A DNA stretch of 64,000 nt, taken from the NCBI GenBank assembly GCA_965235115.1, contig OZ249436.1:8868001-8932000 (forward strand), read 5' to 3'. Numbering within the stretch: position 1 is the first letter of the stretch; every line of letters begins with the position of its first letter. The stretch comes from Laetmonice hystrix. Taxonomy: Eukaryota. Position numbers and translations under genes: made by a program. Below are positions 33,601 through 48,600 of this stretch, one piece after another. Below the pieces are notes generated by a model. That model was given only the letters and a program-made list of their open reading frames with translations. It ran no database searches and was not told the origin of the DNA.

Positions 33601-36600
33601 GTTCAGTGAGGTAGTGGAAATGAAAGATATAGGCGAGGGGCATCCAATGTTAAAATTTGGAGAAGATACTCAAATGGGAAGTAGATATCTCACAACCATT
33701 TATCTATAGCGAACGTACGAGACCTATAGAGATGACAGTTATACATCTGGCCTAACAATCATAATTTGGGGGGCGTAATTTCAATTTGACGTATCAAAAA
33801 TGAAGCCATTTTTCGCTTATCATTGTCTCTCCCCTAAGCGCCATAGGTGCCTGCCAGCCCGGCCAGGTATAAGGTGGTGATTACATGGGTAGCCGGAAGG
33901 TGGCAGTGCAGTCGGAGGGAGGCCGCTTCATTACTGCAACCTGGTGTTTGCTTCCAACCTCTCTGTCATCTGTTTCTACTGGGGGATGGGATATCTGATG
34001 TAGAAAGGCGAACAACGTCATTTGCCATTGTTAATTAAGCCTTTACGGCAAACATCCACTGGGTCTACCATACAACGTTGTCGGACGCTTACAGGTGGTC
34101 AGTAGGGGACACAGATTACATGGGGGTAAATGATGGACGAAACGGATGGCCTGCCTCCTGGACAATAAAGGCATGGAAACATGAAACATGAGGCGTTCCT
34201 ACATTTCTGGATACAGTTGTATAGAAGCAAGCAGTACAGTGATGCCAAAGAGTACAGGGAGGCCAAACAGTACAGTGAGGAATCCCTACAAGGTGCTGTA
34301 TTGCCTAATACCCAAGCAAACACTAGAGTGAGGCCGAACAGTACAGTGAGGCCAATTAGTATACTGTGAGGCCAAGCACTACGAGAGGCCAATCAATACT
34401 CTGGGAAGTCTCTACATCTTATCGGCTGGCCTACTACCCATGCAAATAGTTCAGTGAGGTAGTGGAAATGAAAGATATAGGCGAGGGGCATCTAATGTTA
34501 AAATTTGGAGAAGATACTCAAATGGGAAGTAGATATCTCACAACCATTTATCTGTAGCGAACGTACGAGACCTATAGAGGTGACAGTTATACATCTGGCC
34601 TAACAATCATAATTTTGGGGGCGTAATTTCAATTTGACGTATCAAAAATGAAGCCATTTTTCGCTTATCATTGTCTCTCCCATAAGCGCCATAGGTGCCT
34701 ACCAGCCCGGCCAGGTATAAGGTGGTGATTACATGGGTAGCCGGAAGGTAGCAGTGCAGTCGGTGGGAGGCCGCTTCAGTACTGCACCCTGGTGGTTGCT
34801 TGCCACATCTCTGTCATCAGTTTCTACTGGGGGATGGGATATCTGATGTAGAAAGGCGAACAACGTCATTTGCCATTGTTAATTAAGCCTTTACGGCAAA
34901 CATCCACTGGGTCTACCATACAACGTTGTCGGACGCTTACAGGTGGTCAGTAGGGGACACAGATTATATGGGGGTAAATGATGGACGAAACGGATGGCCT
35001 GCCTCCTGGACAATAAAGGCATGAAAACATGAAACATGAGGCGTCCCTACATTTCTGGCTACAGTTGTATAGAAGCAAGCAGTACAGTGATGCCAAAGAT
35101 TACAGGGAGGCCAAACAGTACAGTGAGGAATCCCTACAAGGTCCTGCATTGCCTAATACCCAAGCAAACACTACAGTGAGGCCGAACAGTACAGTGAGGC
35201 CGAACAGTACAGTGAGGCCAAATAGTATACTGTGAGGCCAAGCACTACGAGAGGCTAATCAGTACTCTGGGAAGTCTCTACATCTTCTCGGCTGGCCTAC
35301 TACCTATGCAAATCGTTCACTGAGGTAGTGGAAATGAAAGATATAGGCGAGGGGCATCTAATGTTAAAATTTGGAGAAGATACTCAAATGGGAAGTAGAT
35401 GTCTCACAACCATTTATCTATAGCGAACGTACGAGACCTATAGAGGTGACAGTTATACATCTGGCCTAACAATCATAATTTTGGGGGCGTAATTTCAATT
35501 TGACGTATCAAAAATGAAGCCATTTTTCGCTTATCATTGTCTCTCCCATAACCGCCATACGTGCCTGCCAGCCCGGCCAGGTATAAGGTGGTGATTACAT
35601 GGGTAGCCGGAAGGTAGCAGTGCAGTCGATGGGAGGCCGCTTCAGTACTGCACCCTGGTGGTTGCTTGCCACATCTCTGTCATCTGTTTTCATTTGGGGA
35701 TGGGATATCTGATATAGAAAGGCGAACAACGTCATTTGCCAATGTTAATTAAACCTTTACGGCAAACAGTCACTGGGACTACCGTACAACGGTGTCGAGC
35801 GCTTACAGATGGTCAGTAGGGGACACAGATTATATGGGGGTAAATGAGGGACGAAACGGATGGCCTGCCTCCTGGACAATAAAGGCATGGAAACATGACA
35901 CATGAGGCGTCCCTATATTTCTGACTACAGTTGTATAGAAGCAAGCAGTACAGTGATGCCATAGAGTACAGGGAGGCCAAACAGTACAGTGAAGAATCCC
36001 TACAAGGTGCTGTATTGCCTAATACCCAAGCAAACACTACAGTGAGGCCGAACAGTACAGTGAGGCCAATTAGTATACTGTGAGGCCAAGCACTACGAGA
36101 GGCCAATCAATACTCTGGGAAGTCTCTACATCTTATCGGCTGGCCTACTACCCATGCAAATCGTTCACTGAGGTAGTGGAAATGAAAGATATAGGCGAGG
36201 GGCATCTAATGTTAAAATTTGGAGAAGATACTCAAATGGGAAGTAGATGTCTCACAACCATTTATCTATAGCGAACGTACGAGACCTATAGAGGTGACAG
36301 TTATACATCTGGCCTAACAATCATAATTTTGGGGTCGTAATTTCAATTTGACGTATCAAAAATGAAGCCATTTTTCGCTTATCATTGTCTCTCCCATAAC
36401 CGCCATACGTGCCTGCCAGCCCGGCCAGGTATAAGGTGGTGATTACATGGGTAGCCGGAAGGTAGCAGTGCAGTCGATGGCAGGCCGCTTCAGTACTGCA
36501 CCCTGGTGTTTGCTTGGAACATCTCTGTCATCTGTTTTCATTTGGGGATGGGATATCTGATATAGAAAGGCGAACAACGTCATTTGCCAATGTTAATTAA

Positions 36601-39600
36601 ACCTTTACGGCAAACAGTCACTGGGACTACCGTACAACGGTGTCGAGCGCTTACAGATGGTCAGTAGGGGACACAGATTATATGGGGGTAAATGAGGGAC
36701 GAAACGGATGGCCTGCCTCCTGGACAATAAAGGCATGGAAACATGACACATGAGGCGTCCCTATATTTCTGACTACAGTTGTATAGAAGCAAGCAGTACA
36801 GTGATGCCATAGAATACAGGGAGGCCAAACAGTACAGTGAAGAATCCTACAAGGTGCTGTATTGCCTAATACCCAAGCAAACACTACAGTGAGGCCGAAC
36901 AGTACAGTGAGGCCAATTAGTATACTGTGAGGCCAAGCACTACGAGAGGCCAATCAATACTCTGGGAAGTCTCTACATCTTATCGGCTGGCCTACTACCC
37001 ATGCAAATCGTTCACTGAGGTAGTGGAAATGAAAGATATAGGCGAGGGGCATCTAATGTTAAAATTTGGAGAAGATACTCAAATGGGAAGTAGATGTCTC
37101 ACAACCATTTATCTATAGCGAACGTCCGAGACCTATAGAGGTGACAGTTATACATCTGGCCTAACAATCATAATTTTGGGGTGGTAATTTCAATTTGACG
37201 TATCAAAAATAAAGCCATTTTTCGCTTATCATTGTCTCTCCCATAAGCGCCATAGGTGCCTACCAGCCCGGCCAGGTATAAGGTGGTGATTACATGGGTA
37301 GCCGGAAGGTAGCAGTGCAGTCGGTGGGAGGCCGCTTCAGTACTGCACCCTGGTGGTTGCTTGCCACATCTCTGTCATCAGTTTCTACTGGGGGATGGGA
37401 TATCTGATGTAGAAAGGCGAACAACGTCATTTGCCATTGTTAATTAAGCCTTTACGGCAAACATCCAATGGGTCTACCATACAACGTTGTCGGACGCTTA
37501 CAGGTGGTCAGTAGGGGACACAGATTATATGGGGGTAAATGATGGACGAAACGGATGGCCTGCCTCCTGGACAATAAAGGCATGAAAACATGAAACATGA
37601 GGCGTCCCTACATTTCTGGCTACAGTTGTATAGAAGCAAGCAGTACAGTGATGCCAAAGATTACAGGGAGGCCAAACAGTACAGTGAGGAATCCCTACAA
37701 GGTCCTGCATTGCCTAATACCCAAGCAAACACTACAGTGAGGCCGAACAGTACAGTGAGGCCGAACAGTACAGTGAGGCCAAATAGTATACTGTGAGGCC
37801 AAGCACTACGAGAGGCTAATCAGTACTCTAGGAAGTCTCTACATCTTCTCGGCTGGCCTACTACCTATGCAAATCGTTCACTGAGGTAGTGGAAATGAAA
37901 GATATAGGCGAGGGGCATCTAATGTTAAAATTTGGAGAAGATACTCAAATGGGAAGTAGATGTCTCACAACCATTTATCTATAGCGAACGTACGAGACCT
38001 ATAGAGGTGACAGTTATACATCTGGCCTAACAATCATAATTTTGGGGTCGTAATTTCAATTTGACGTATCAAAAATGAAGCCATTTTTCGCTTATCATTG
38101 TCTCTCCCATAACCGCCATACGTGCCTGCCAGCCCGGCCAGGTATAAGGTGGTGATTACATGGGTAGCCGGAAGGTAGCAGTGCAGTCGATGGCAGGCCG
38201 CTTCAGTACTGCACCCTGGTGTTTGCTTGGAACATCTCTGTCATCTGTTTTCATTTGGGGATGGGATATCTGATATAGAAAGGCGAACAACGTCATTTGC
38301 CAATGTTAATTAAACCTTTACGGCAAACAGTCACTGGGACTACCGTACAACGGTGTCGAGCGCTTACAGATGGTCAGTAGGGGACACAGATTATATGGGG
38401 GTAAATGAGGGACGAAACGGATGGCCTGCCTCCTGGACAATAAAGGCATGGAAACATGACACATGAGGCGTCCCTATATTTCTGACTACAGTATGTTGTA
38501 TAGAAGCAAGCAGTACAGTGATGCCATAGAATACAGGGAGGCCAAACAGTACAGTGAAGAATCCTACAAGGTGCTGTATTGCCTAATACCCAAGCAAACA
38601 CTACAGTGAGGCCGAACAGTACAGTGAGGCCAATTAGTATACTGTGAGGCCAAGCACTACGAGAGGCCAATCAATACTCTGGGAAGTCTCTACATCTTAT
38701 CGGCTGGCCTACTACCCATGCAAATCGTTCACTGAGGTAGTGGAAATGAAAGATATAGGCGAGGGGCATCTAATGTTAAAATTTGGAGAAGATACTCAAA
38801 TGGGAAGTAGATGTCTCACAACCATTTATCTATAGCGAACGTCCGAGACCTTTAGAGGTGACAGTTATACATCTGGCCTAACAATCATAATTTTGGGGTG
38901 GTAATTTCAATTTGACGTATCAAAAATAAAGCCATTTTTCGCTTATCATTGTCTCTCCCATAAGCGCCATAGGTGCCTGCCAGCCCGGCCAGGTATAAGG
39001 TGGTGATTACATGGGTAGCCGGAAGGTGGCAGTGCAGTCGGAGGGAGGCCGCTCCATTACTGCACCCTGGTGCTTGCTTCCAACCTCTCTGTCATCTCTT
39101 TCTACTGGGGGATGGGATATCTGATATAGAAAGGCGAACAACGTCATTTGCCATTGTTAATTAAGCCTTTACGGCAAACATCCACTGGGTCTACCATACA
39201 ACGGTGTCGGACGCTTACAGGTGGTCAGTTGGGGACACAGATTACATGGCGGTAAATGATGGACGAAACGGATGGCCTGCCTCCTGGACAATAAAGGCAT
39301 GGAAACATTAAACACGAGGCGTCCGTACATTTCTGGCTACAATTGTATAGAAGCAAGCAGTACAGCGATGCCAAAGAGTACAGGGAGGCCAAACAGTACA
39401 GTGAGCAATCCGTACAAGGTCCTGCATTGCCTAATACCCAAGCAAACACTACAGTGAGGCCGAACAGTACAGTGAGGCCGAACAGTACAGTGAGGCCAAT
39501 TAGTATACTGTGAGGCCAAGCACTACGAGAGGCTAATCAGTACTCTGGGAAGTCTCTACATCTTCTCGGCTGGCCTACTACCCATGCAAATCGTTCACTG

Positions 39601-42600
39601 AGGTAGTGGAAATGAAAGATATAGGCGAGGGGCATCTAATGTTAAAATTTGGAGAAGATACTCAAATGGGAAGTAGATGTCTCACAACCATTTATCTATA
39701 GCGAACGTACGAGACCTATAGAGGTGACAGTTATACATCTGGCCTAACAATCATAATTTTGGGGTCGTAATTTCAATTTGACGTATCAAAAATGAAGCCA
39801 TTTTTCGCTTATCATTGTCTCTCCCATAAGCGCCATAGGTGCCTGCCAGCCCGCCCAGGTATAAGGTGGTGATTACATGGGTAGCCGGAAGGTGGCAGTG
39901 CAGTCGGAGGGAGGCCGCTCCATTACTGCACCCTGGTGTTTGCTTCCAACCTCTCTGTCATCTCTTTCTACTGGGGGATGGGATATCTGATATAGAAAGG
40001 CGAACAACGTCATTTGCCATTGTTAATTAAGCCTTTACGGCAAACATCTACTGGGTCTACCATACAACGGTGTCGGACGCTTACAGGTGGTCAGTTGGGG
40101 ACACAGATTACATGGGGGTAAATGATGGACGAAACGGATGGCCTGCCTCCTGGACAATAAAGGCATGGAAACATTAAACACGAGGCGTCCCTACATTTCT
40201 AGCTACAGTTGTATAGAAGCAAGCAGTACAGTGATGCCAAAGAGTACATGGAGGCCAAACAGTACAGTGAGGAATCCCTACAAGGTCCTGCATTGCCTAA
40301 TACCCAAGCAAACACTACAGTGAGGCCGAACAGTACAGTGAGGCCAAATAGTATACTGTGAGGCCAAGCACTACGAGAGGCCAATCAGTACTCTGGGAAG
40401 TCTCTACATCTTATCGGCTGGCCTACTACCCATGCAAATCGTTCACTGAGGTAGTGGAAATGAAAGATATAGGCGAGGGGCATCTAATGTTAAAATTTGG
40501 AGAAGATACTCAAATGGGAAGTAGATGTCTCACAACCATTTATCTATAGCGAACGTACGAGACCTATAGAGGTGACAGTTATACATCTGGCCTAACAATC
40601 ATAATTTTGGGGGCGTAATTTCAATTTGACGTATAAAATGAAGCCATTTTTCGCTTATCATTGTCTCTCCCATAAGCGCCATAGGTGCCTACCAGCCCGG
40701 CCAGGTATAAGGTGGTGATTACATGGGTAGCCGGAAGGTAGCAGTGCAGTCGGTGGGAGGCCGCTTCAGTACTGCACCCTGGTGGTTGCTTGCCACATCT
40801 CTGTCATCAGTTTCTACTGGGGGATGGGATATCTGATGTAGAAAGGCGAACAACGTCATTTGCCATTGTTAATTAAGCCTTTACGGCAAACATCCAATGG
40901 GTCTACCATACAACGTTGTCGGACGCTTACAGGTGGTCAGTAGGGGACACAGATTATATGGGGGTAAATGATGGACGAAACGGATGGCCTGCCTCCTGGA
41001 CAATAAAGGCATGAAAACATGAAACATGAGGCGTCCCTACATTTCTGGCTACAGTTGTATAGAAGCAAGCAGTACAGTGATGCCAAAGATTACAGGGAGG
41101 CCAAACAGTACAGTGAGGAATCCCTACAAGGTCCTGCATTGCCTAATACCCAAGCAAACACTACAGTGAGGCCGAACAGTACAGTGAGGCCGAACAGTAC
41201 AGTGAGGCCAAATAGTATACTGTGAGGCCAAGCACTACGAGAGGCTAATCAGTACTCTAGGAAGTCTCTACATCTTCTCGGCTGGCCTACTACCTATGCA
41301 AATCGTTCACTGAGGTAGTGGAAATGAAAGATATAGGCGAGGGGCATCTAATGTTAAAATTTGGAGAAGATACTCAAATGGGAAGTAGATGTCTCACAAC
41401 CATTTATCTATAGCGAACGTACGAGACCTATAGAGGTGACAGTTATACATCTGGCCTAACAATCATAATTTTGGGGTCGTAATTTCAATTTGACGTATCA
41501 AAAATGAAGCCATTTTTCGCTTATCATTGTCTCTCCCATAACCGCCATACGTGCCTGCCAGCCCGGCCAGGTATAAGGTGGTGATTACATGGGTAGCCGG
41601 AAGGTAGCAGTGCAGTCGATGGCAGGCCGCTTCAGTACTGCACCCTGGTGTTTGCTTGGAACATCTCTGTCATCTGTTTTCATTTGGGGATGGGATATCT
41701 GATATAGAAAGGCGAACAACGTCATTTGCCAATGTTAATTAAACCTTTACGGCAAACAGTCACTGGGACTACCGTACAACGGTGTCGAGCGCTTACAGAT
41801 GGTCAGTAGGGGACACAGATTATATGGGGGTAAATGAGGGACGAAACGGATGGCCTGCCTCCTGGACAATAAAGGCATGGAAACATGACACATGAGGCGT
41901 CCCTATATTTCTGACTACAGTTGTATAGAAGCAAGCAGTACAGTGATGCCATAGAATACAGGGAGGCCAAACAGTACAGTGAAGAATCCTACAAGGTGCT
42001 GTATTGCCTAATACCCAAGCAAACACTACAGTGAGGCCGAACAGTACAGTGAGGCCAATTAGTATACTGTGAGGCCAAGCACTACGAGAGGCCAATCAAT
42101 ACTCTGGGAAGTCTCTACATCTTATCGGCTGGCCTACTACCCATGCAAATCGTTCACTGAGGTAGTGGAAATGAAAGATATAGGCGAGGGGCATCTAATG
42201 TTAAAATTTGGAGAAGATACTCAAATGGGAAGTAGATGTCTCACAACCATTTATCTATAGCGAACGTCCGAGACCTATAGAGGTGACAGTTATACATCTG
42301 GCCTAACAATCATAATTTTGGGGTGGTAATTTCAATTTGACGTATCAAAAATAAAGCCATTTTTCGCTTATCATTGTCTCTCCCATAAGCGCCATAGGTG
42401 CCTGCCAGCCCGGCCAGGTATAAGGTGGTGATTACATGGGTAGCCGGAAGGTGGCAGTGCAGTCGGAGGGAGGCCGCTCCATTACTGCACCCTGGTGCTT
42501 GCTTCCAACCTCTCTGTCATCTCTTTCTACTGGGGGATGGGATATCTGATATAGAAAGGCGAACAACGTCATTTGCCATTGTTAATTAAGCCTTTACGGC

Positions 42601-45600
42601 AAACATCCACTGGGTCTACCATACAACGGTGTCGGACGCTTACAGGTGGTCAGTTGGGGACACAGATTACATGGCGGTAAATGATGGACGAAACGGATGG
42701 CCTGCCTCCTGGACAATAAAGGCATGGAAACATTAAACACGAGGCGTCCGTACATTTCTGGCTACAATTGTATAGAAGCAAGCAGTACAGCGATGCCAAA
42801 GAGTACAGGGAGGCCAAACAGTACAGTGAGGAATCCGTACAAGGTCCTGCATTGCCTAATACCCAAGCAAACACTACAGTGAGGCCGAACAGTACAGTGA
42901 GGCCGAACAGTACAGTGAGGCCAATTAGTATACTGTGAGGCCAAGCACTACGAGAGGCTAATCAGTACTCTGGGAAGTCTCTACATCTTCTCGGCTGGCC
43001 TACTACCCATGCAAATCGTTCACTGAGGTAGTGGAAATGAAAGATATAGGCGAGGGGCATCTAATGTTAAAATTTGGAGAAGATACTCAAATGGGAAGTA
43101 GATGTCTCACAACCATTTATCTATAGCGAACGTACGAGACCTATAGAGGTGACAGTTATACATCTGGCCTAACAATCATAATTTTGGGGTCGTAATTTCA
43201 ATTTGACGTATCAAAAATGAAGCCATTTTTCGCTTATCATTGTCTCTCCCATAAGCGCCATAGGTGCCTGCCAGCCCGCCCAGGTATAAGGTGGTGATTA
43301 CATGGGTAGCCGGAAGGTGGCAGTGCAGTCGGAGGGAGGCCGCTCCATTACTGCACCCTGGTGTTTGCTTCCAACCTCTCTGTCATCTCTTTCTACTGGG
43401 GGATGGGATATCTGATATAGAAAGGCGAACAACGTCATTTGCCATTGTTAATTAAGCCTTTACGGCAAACATCTACTGGGTCTACCATACAACGGTGTCG
43501 GACGCTTACAGGTGGTCAGTTGGGGACACAGATTACATGGGGGTAAATGATGGACGAAACGGATGGCCTGCCTCCTGGACAATAAAGGCATGGAAACATT
43601 AAACACGAGGCGTCCCTACATTTCTAGCTACAGTTGTATAGAAGCAAGCAGTACAGTGATGCCAAAGAGTACATGGAGGCCAAACAGTACAGTGAGGAAT
43701 CCCTACAAGGTCCTGCATTGCCTAATACCCAAGCAAACACTACAGTGAGGCCGAACAGTACAGTGAGGCCAAATAGTATACTGTGAGGCCAAGCACTACG
43801 AGAGGCCAATCAGTACTCTGGGAAGTCTCTACATCTTATCGGCTGGCCTACTACCCATGCAAACAGTTCAGTGAGGTAGTGGAAATGAAAGATATAGGCG
43901 AGGGGCATCTAATGTTAAAATTTGGAGAAGATACTCAAATGGGAAGTAGATATCTCACAACCATTTATCTATAGCGAACGTACGAGACCTATAGAAGTGA
44001 AAGTTATACATCTGGCCTAACAATCATAATTTTGGGGTCGTAATTTCAATTTGACGTATCAAAAATGAAGCCATTTTTCGCTTATCATTGTCTCTCCCCT
44101 AAGCGCCATAGGTGCCTGCCAGCCCGGCCAGGTATAAGGTGGTGATTACATGGGTAGCCGGAAGGTAGCAGTGTAGTCGGTGGAAGGCCGCTTCAGTACT
44201 GCACCCTGGTGGTTGCTTGCCACATCTCTGTCATCAGTTTCTACTGGGGGTTGGGATATCTGATGTAGAAAGGCGAACAACGTCATTTGCCATTGTTAAT
44301 TAAGCCTTTACGGCAAACATCCACTGGGTCTACCATACAACGTTGTCGGACGCTTACAGGTGGTCAGTAGGGGACACAGATTATATGGGGGTAAATGATA
44401 GACTAAACGGATGGCCTGCCTCCTGGACAATAAAGGCATGAAAACATGAAACATGAGGCGTCCCTACATTTCTGGCTACAGTTGTATAGAAGCAAGCAGT
44501 ACAGTGATGCCAAAGATTACAGGGAGGCCAAACAGTACAGTGAGGAATCCCTACAAGGTCCTGCATTGCCTAATACCCAAGCAAACACTACAGTGAGGCC
44601 GAACAGTACAGTGAGGCCGAACAGTACAGTGAGGCCAAATAGTATACTGTGAGGCCAAGCACTACGAGAGGCTAATCAGTACTCTAGGAAGTCTCTACAT
44701 CTTCTCGGCTGGCCTACTACCTATGCAAATCGTTCACTGAGGTAGTGGAAATGAAAGATATAGGCGAGGGGCATCTAATGTTAAAATTTGGAGAAGATAC
44801 TCAAATGGGAAGTAGATGTCTCACAACCATTTATCTATAGCGAACGTACGAGACCTATAGAGGTGACAGTTATACATCTGGCCTAACAATCATAATTTTG
44901 GGGTCGTAATTTCAATTTGACGTATCAAAAATGAAGCCATTTTTCGCTTATCATTGTCTCTCCCATAACCGCCATACATGCCTGCCAGCCCGGCCAGGTA
45001 TAAGGTGGTGATTACATGGGTAGCCGGAAGGTAGCAGTGCAGTCGATGGCAGGCCGCTTCAGTACTGCACCCTGGTGTTTGCTTGGAACATCTCTGTCAT
45101 CTGTTTTCATTTGGGGATGGGATATCTGATATAGAAAGGCGAACAACGTCATTTGCCAATGTTAATTAAACCTTTACGGCAAACAGTCACTGGGACTACC
45201 GTACAACGGTGTCGAGCGCTTACAGATGGTCAGTAGGGGACACAGATTATATGGGGGTAAATGAGGGACGAAACGGATGGCCTGCCTCCTGGACAATAAA
45301 GGCATGGAAACATGACACATGAGGCGTCCCTATATTTCTGACTACAGTTGTATAGAAGCAAGCAGTACAGTGATGCCATAGAATACAGGGAGGCCAAACA
45401 GTACAGTGAAGAATCCTACAAGGTGCTGTATTGCCTAATACCCAAGCAAACACTACAGTGAGGCCGAACAGTACAGTGAGGCCAATTAGTATACTGTGAG
45501 GCCAAGCACTACGAGAGGCCAATCAATACTCTGGGAAGTCTCTACATCTTATCGGCTGGCCTACTACCCATGCAAATCGTTCACTGAGGTAGTGGAAATG

Positions 45601-48600
45601 AAAGATATAGGCGAGGGGCATCTAATGTTAAAATTTGGAGAAGATACTCAAATGGGAAGTAGATGTCTCACAACCATTTATCTATAGCGAACGTCCGAGA
45701 CCTATAGAGGTGACAGTTATACATCTGGCCTAACAATCATAATTTTGGGGTGGTAATTTCAATTTGACGTATCAAAAATAAAGCCATTTTTCGCTTATCA
45801 TTGTCTCTCCCATAAGCGCCATAGGTGCCTGCCAGCCCGGCCAGGTATAAGGTGGTGATTACATGGGTAGCCGGAAGGTGGCAGTGCAGTCGGAGGGAGG
45901 CCGCTCCATTACTGCACCCTGGTGCTTGCTTCCAACCTCTCTGTCATCTCTTTCTACTGGGGGATGGGATATCTGATATAGAAAGGCGAACAACGTCATT
46001 TGCCATTGTTAATTAAGCCTTTACGGCAAACATCCACTGGGTCTACCATACAACGGTGTCGGACGCTTACAGGTGGTCAGTTGGGGACACAGATTACATG
46101 GCGGTAAATGATGGACGAAACGGATGGCCTGCCTCCTGGACAATAAAGGCATGGAAACATTAAACACGAGGCGTCCGTACATTTCTGGCTACAATTGTAT
46201 AGAAGCAAGCAGTACAGCGATGCCAAAGAGTACAGGGAGGCCAAACAGTACAGTGAGGAATCCGTACAAGGTCCTGCATTGCCTAATACCCAAGCAAACA
46301 CTACAGTGAGGCCGAACAGTACAGTGAGGCCGAACAGTACAGTGAGGCCAATTAGTATACTGTGAGGCCAAGCACTACGAGAGGCTAATCAGTACTCTGG
46401 GAAGTCTCTACATCTTCTCGGCTAGCCTACTACCCATGCAAATCGTTCACTGAGGTAGTGGAAATGAAAGATATAGGCGAGGGGCATCTAATGTTAAAAT
46501 TTGGAGAAGATACTCAAATGGGAAGTAGATGTCTCACAACCATTTATCTATAGCGAACGTACGAGACCTATAGAGGTGACAGTTATACATCTGGCCTAAC
46601 AATCATAATTTTGGGGTCGTAATTTCAATCTGACGTATCAAAAATGAAGCCATTTTTCGCTTATCATTGTCTCTCCCATAAGCGCCATAGGTGCCTGCCA
46701 GCCCGCCCAGGTATAAGGTGGTGATTACATGGGTAGCCGGAAGGTGGCAGTGCAGTCGGAGGGAGGCCGCTCCATTACTGCACCCTGGTGTTTGCTTCCA
46801 ACCTCTCTGTCATCTCTTTCTACTGGGGGATGGGATATCTGATATAGAAAGGCGAACAACGTCATTTGCCATTGTTAATTAAGCCTTTACGGCAAACATC
46901 TACTGGGTCTACCATACAACGGTGTCGGACGCTTACAGGTGGTCAGTTGGGGACACAGATTACATGGGGGTAAATGATGGACGAAACGGATGGCCTGCCT
47001 CCTGGACAATAAAGGCATGGAAACATTAAACACGAGGCGTCCCTACATTTCTAGCTACAGTTGTATAGAAGCAAGCAGTACAGTGATGCCAAAGAGTACA
47101 TGGAGGCCAAACAGTACAGTGAGGAATCCCTACAAGGTCCTGCATTGCCTAATACCCAAGCAAACACTACAGTGAGGCCGAACAGTACAGTGAGGCCAAA
47201 TAGTATACTGTGAGGCCAAGCACTACGAGAGGCCAATCAGTACTCTGGGAAGTCTCTACATCTTATCGGCTGGCCTACTACCCATGCAAATCGTTCACTG
47301 AGGTAGTGGAAATGAAAGATATAGGCGAGGGGCATCTAATGTTAAAATTTGGAGAAGATACTCAAATGGGAAGTAGATGTCTCACAACCATTTATCTATA
47401 GCGAACGTACGAGACCTATAGAGGTGACAGTTATACATCTGGCCTAACAATCATAATTTTGGGGTCGTAATTTCAATTTGACGTATCAAAAATGAAGCCA
47501 TTTTTCGCTTATCATTGTCTCTCCCCTAAGCGCCATAGGTGCCTGCCAGCCCGGCCAGGTATAAGGTGGTGATTACATGGGTAGCCGGAAGGTAGCAGTG
47601 TAGTCGGTGGAAGGCCGCTTCAGTACTGCACCCTGGTGGTTGCTTGCAACATCTCTGTGATCTGTTTCTATTTGGGGATGCGATATCTGATATAGAAAGG
47701 CGAACAACGTCATTTGCCAATGTTAATTAAACCTTTACGGCAAACACTCACTGGGACTACCGTACAACGGTGTCGGACGCTTACAGATGGTCAGTAGGGG
47801 ACACAGATTATATGGGGGTAAATGATGGACGAAACGGATGGCCTGCCTCCTTGACAATAAAGGCATGAAAACATGAAACATGAGGCGTCCCTACATTTCT
47901 GGCTACATTTGTATAGAAGTAAGCAGTACAGTCATGCCAAAGATTACAGGGAGGCCAAACAGTACAGTGAGGAATCCCTACAAGGTCCTGCATTGCCTAA
48001 TACCCAAGCAAACACTACAGTGAGGCCGAACAGTACAGTGTGGCCGAACAGTACAGTGAGGCCAAATAGTATACTGTGAGGCCAAGCACTACGAGAGGCT
48101 AATCAGTACTCTGGGAAGTCTCTACATCTTCTCGGCTGGCCTACTACCCATGCAAATCGTTCACTGAGGTAGTGGAAATGAAAGATATAGGCGAGGGGCA
48201 TCTAATGTTAAAATTTGGAGAAGATACTCAAATGGGAAGTAGATGTCTCACAACCATTTATCTATAGCGAACGTACGAGACCTATAGAAGTGAAAGTTAT
48301 ACATCTGGCCTAACAATCATAATTTTGGGGTGGTAATTTCAATTTGACGTATCAAAAATAAAGCCATTTTTCGCTTATCATTGTCTCTCCCCTAAGCGCC
48401 ATAGGTGCCTGCCAGCCCGGCCAGGTATAAGGTGGTGATTACATGGGTAGCCGGAAGGTAGCAGTGTAGTCGGTGGAAGGCCGCTTCAGTACTGCACCCT
48501 GGTGGTTGCTTGCAACATCTCTGTGATCTGTTTCTATTTGGGGATGCGATATCTGATATAGAAAGGCGAACAACGTCATTTGCCAATGTTAATTAAACCT

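Noticed and set aside
33607..33625. let-7-like TGAGGTAGT in each monomer
   Set aside because: Only 9 nt match, and no complementary star arm or precursor hairpin is nearby.
34130..34345. Hammerhead-like words (TGATGGACGAAAC, TGAGGCCGAA) in the monomer
   Set aside because: No CUGANGA core with a closing stem II and stems I/III could be built.
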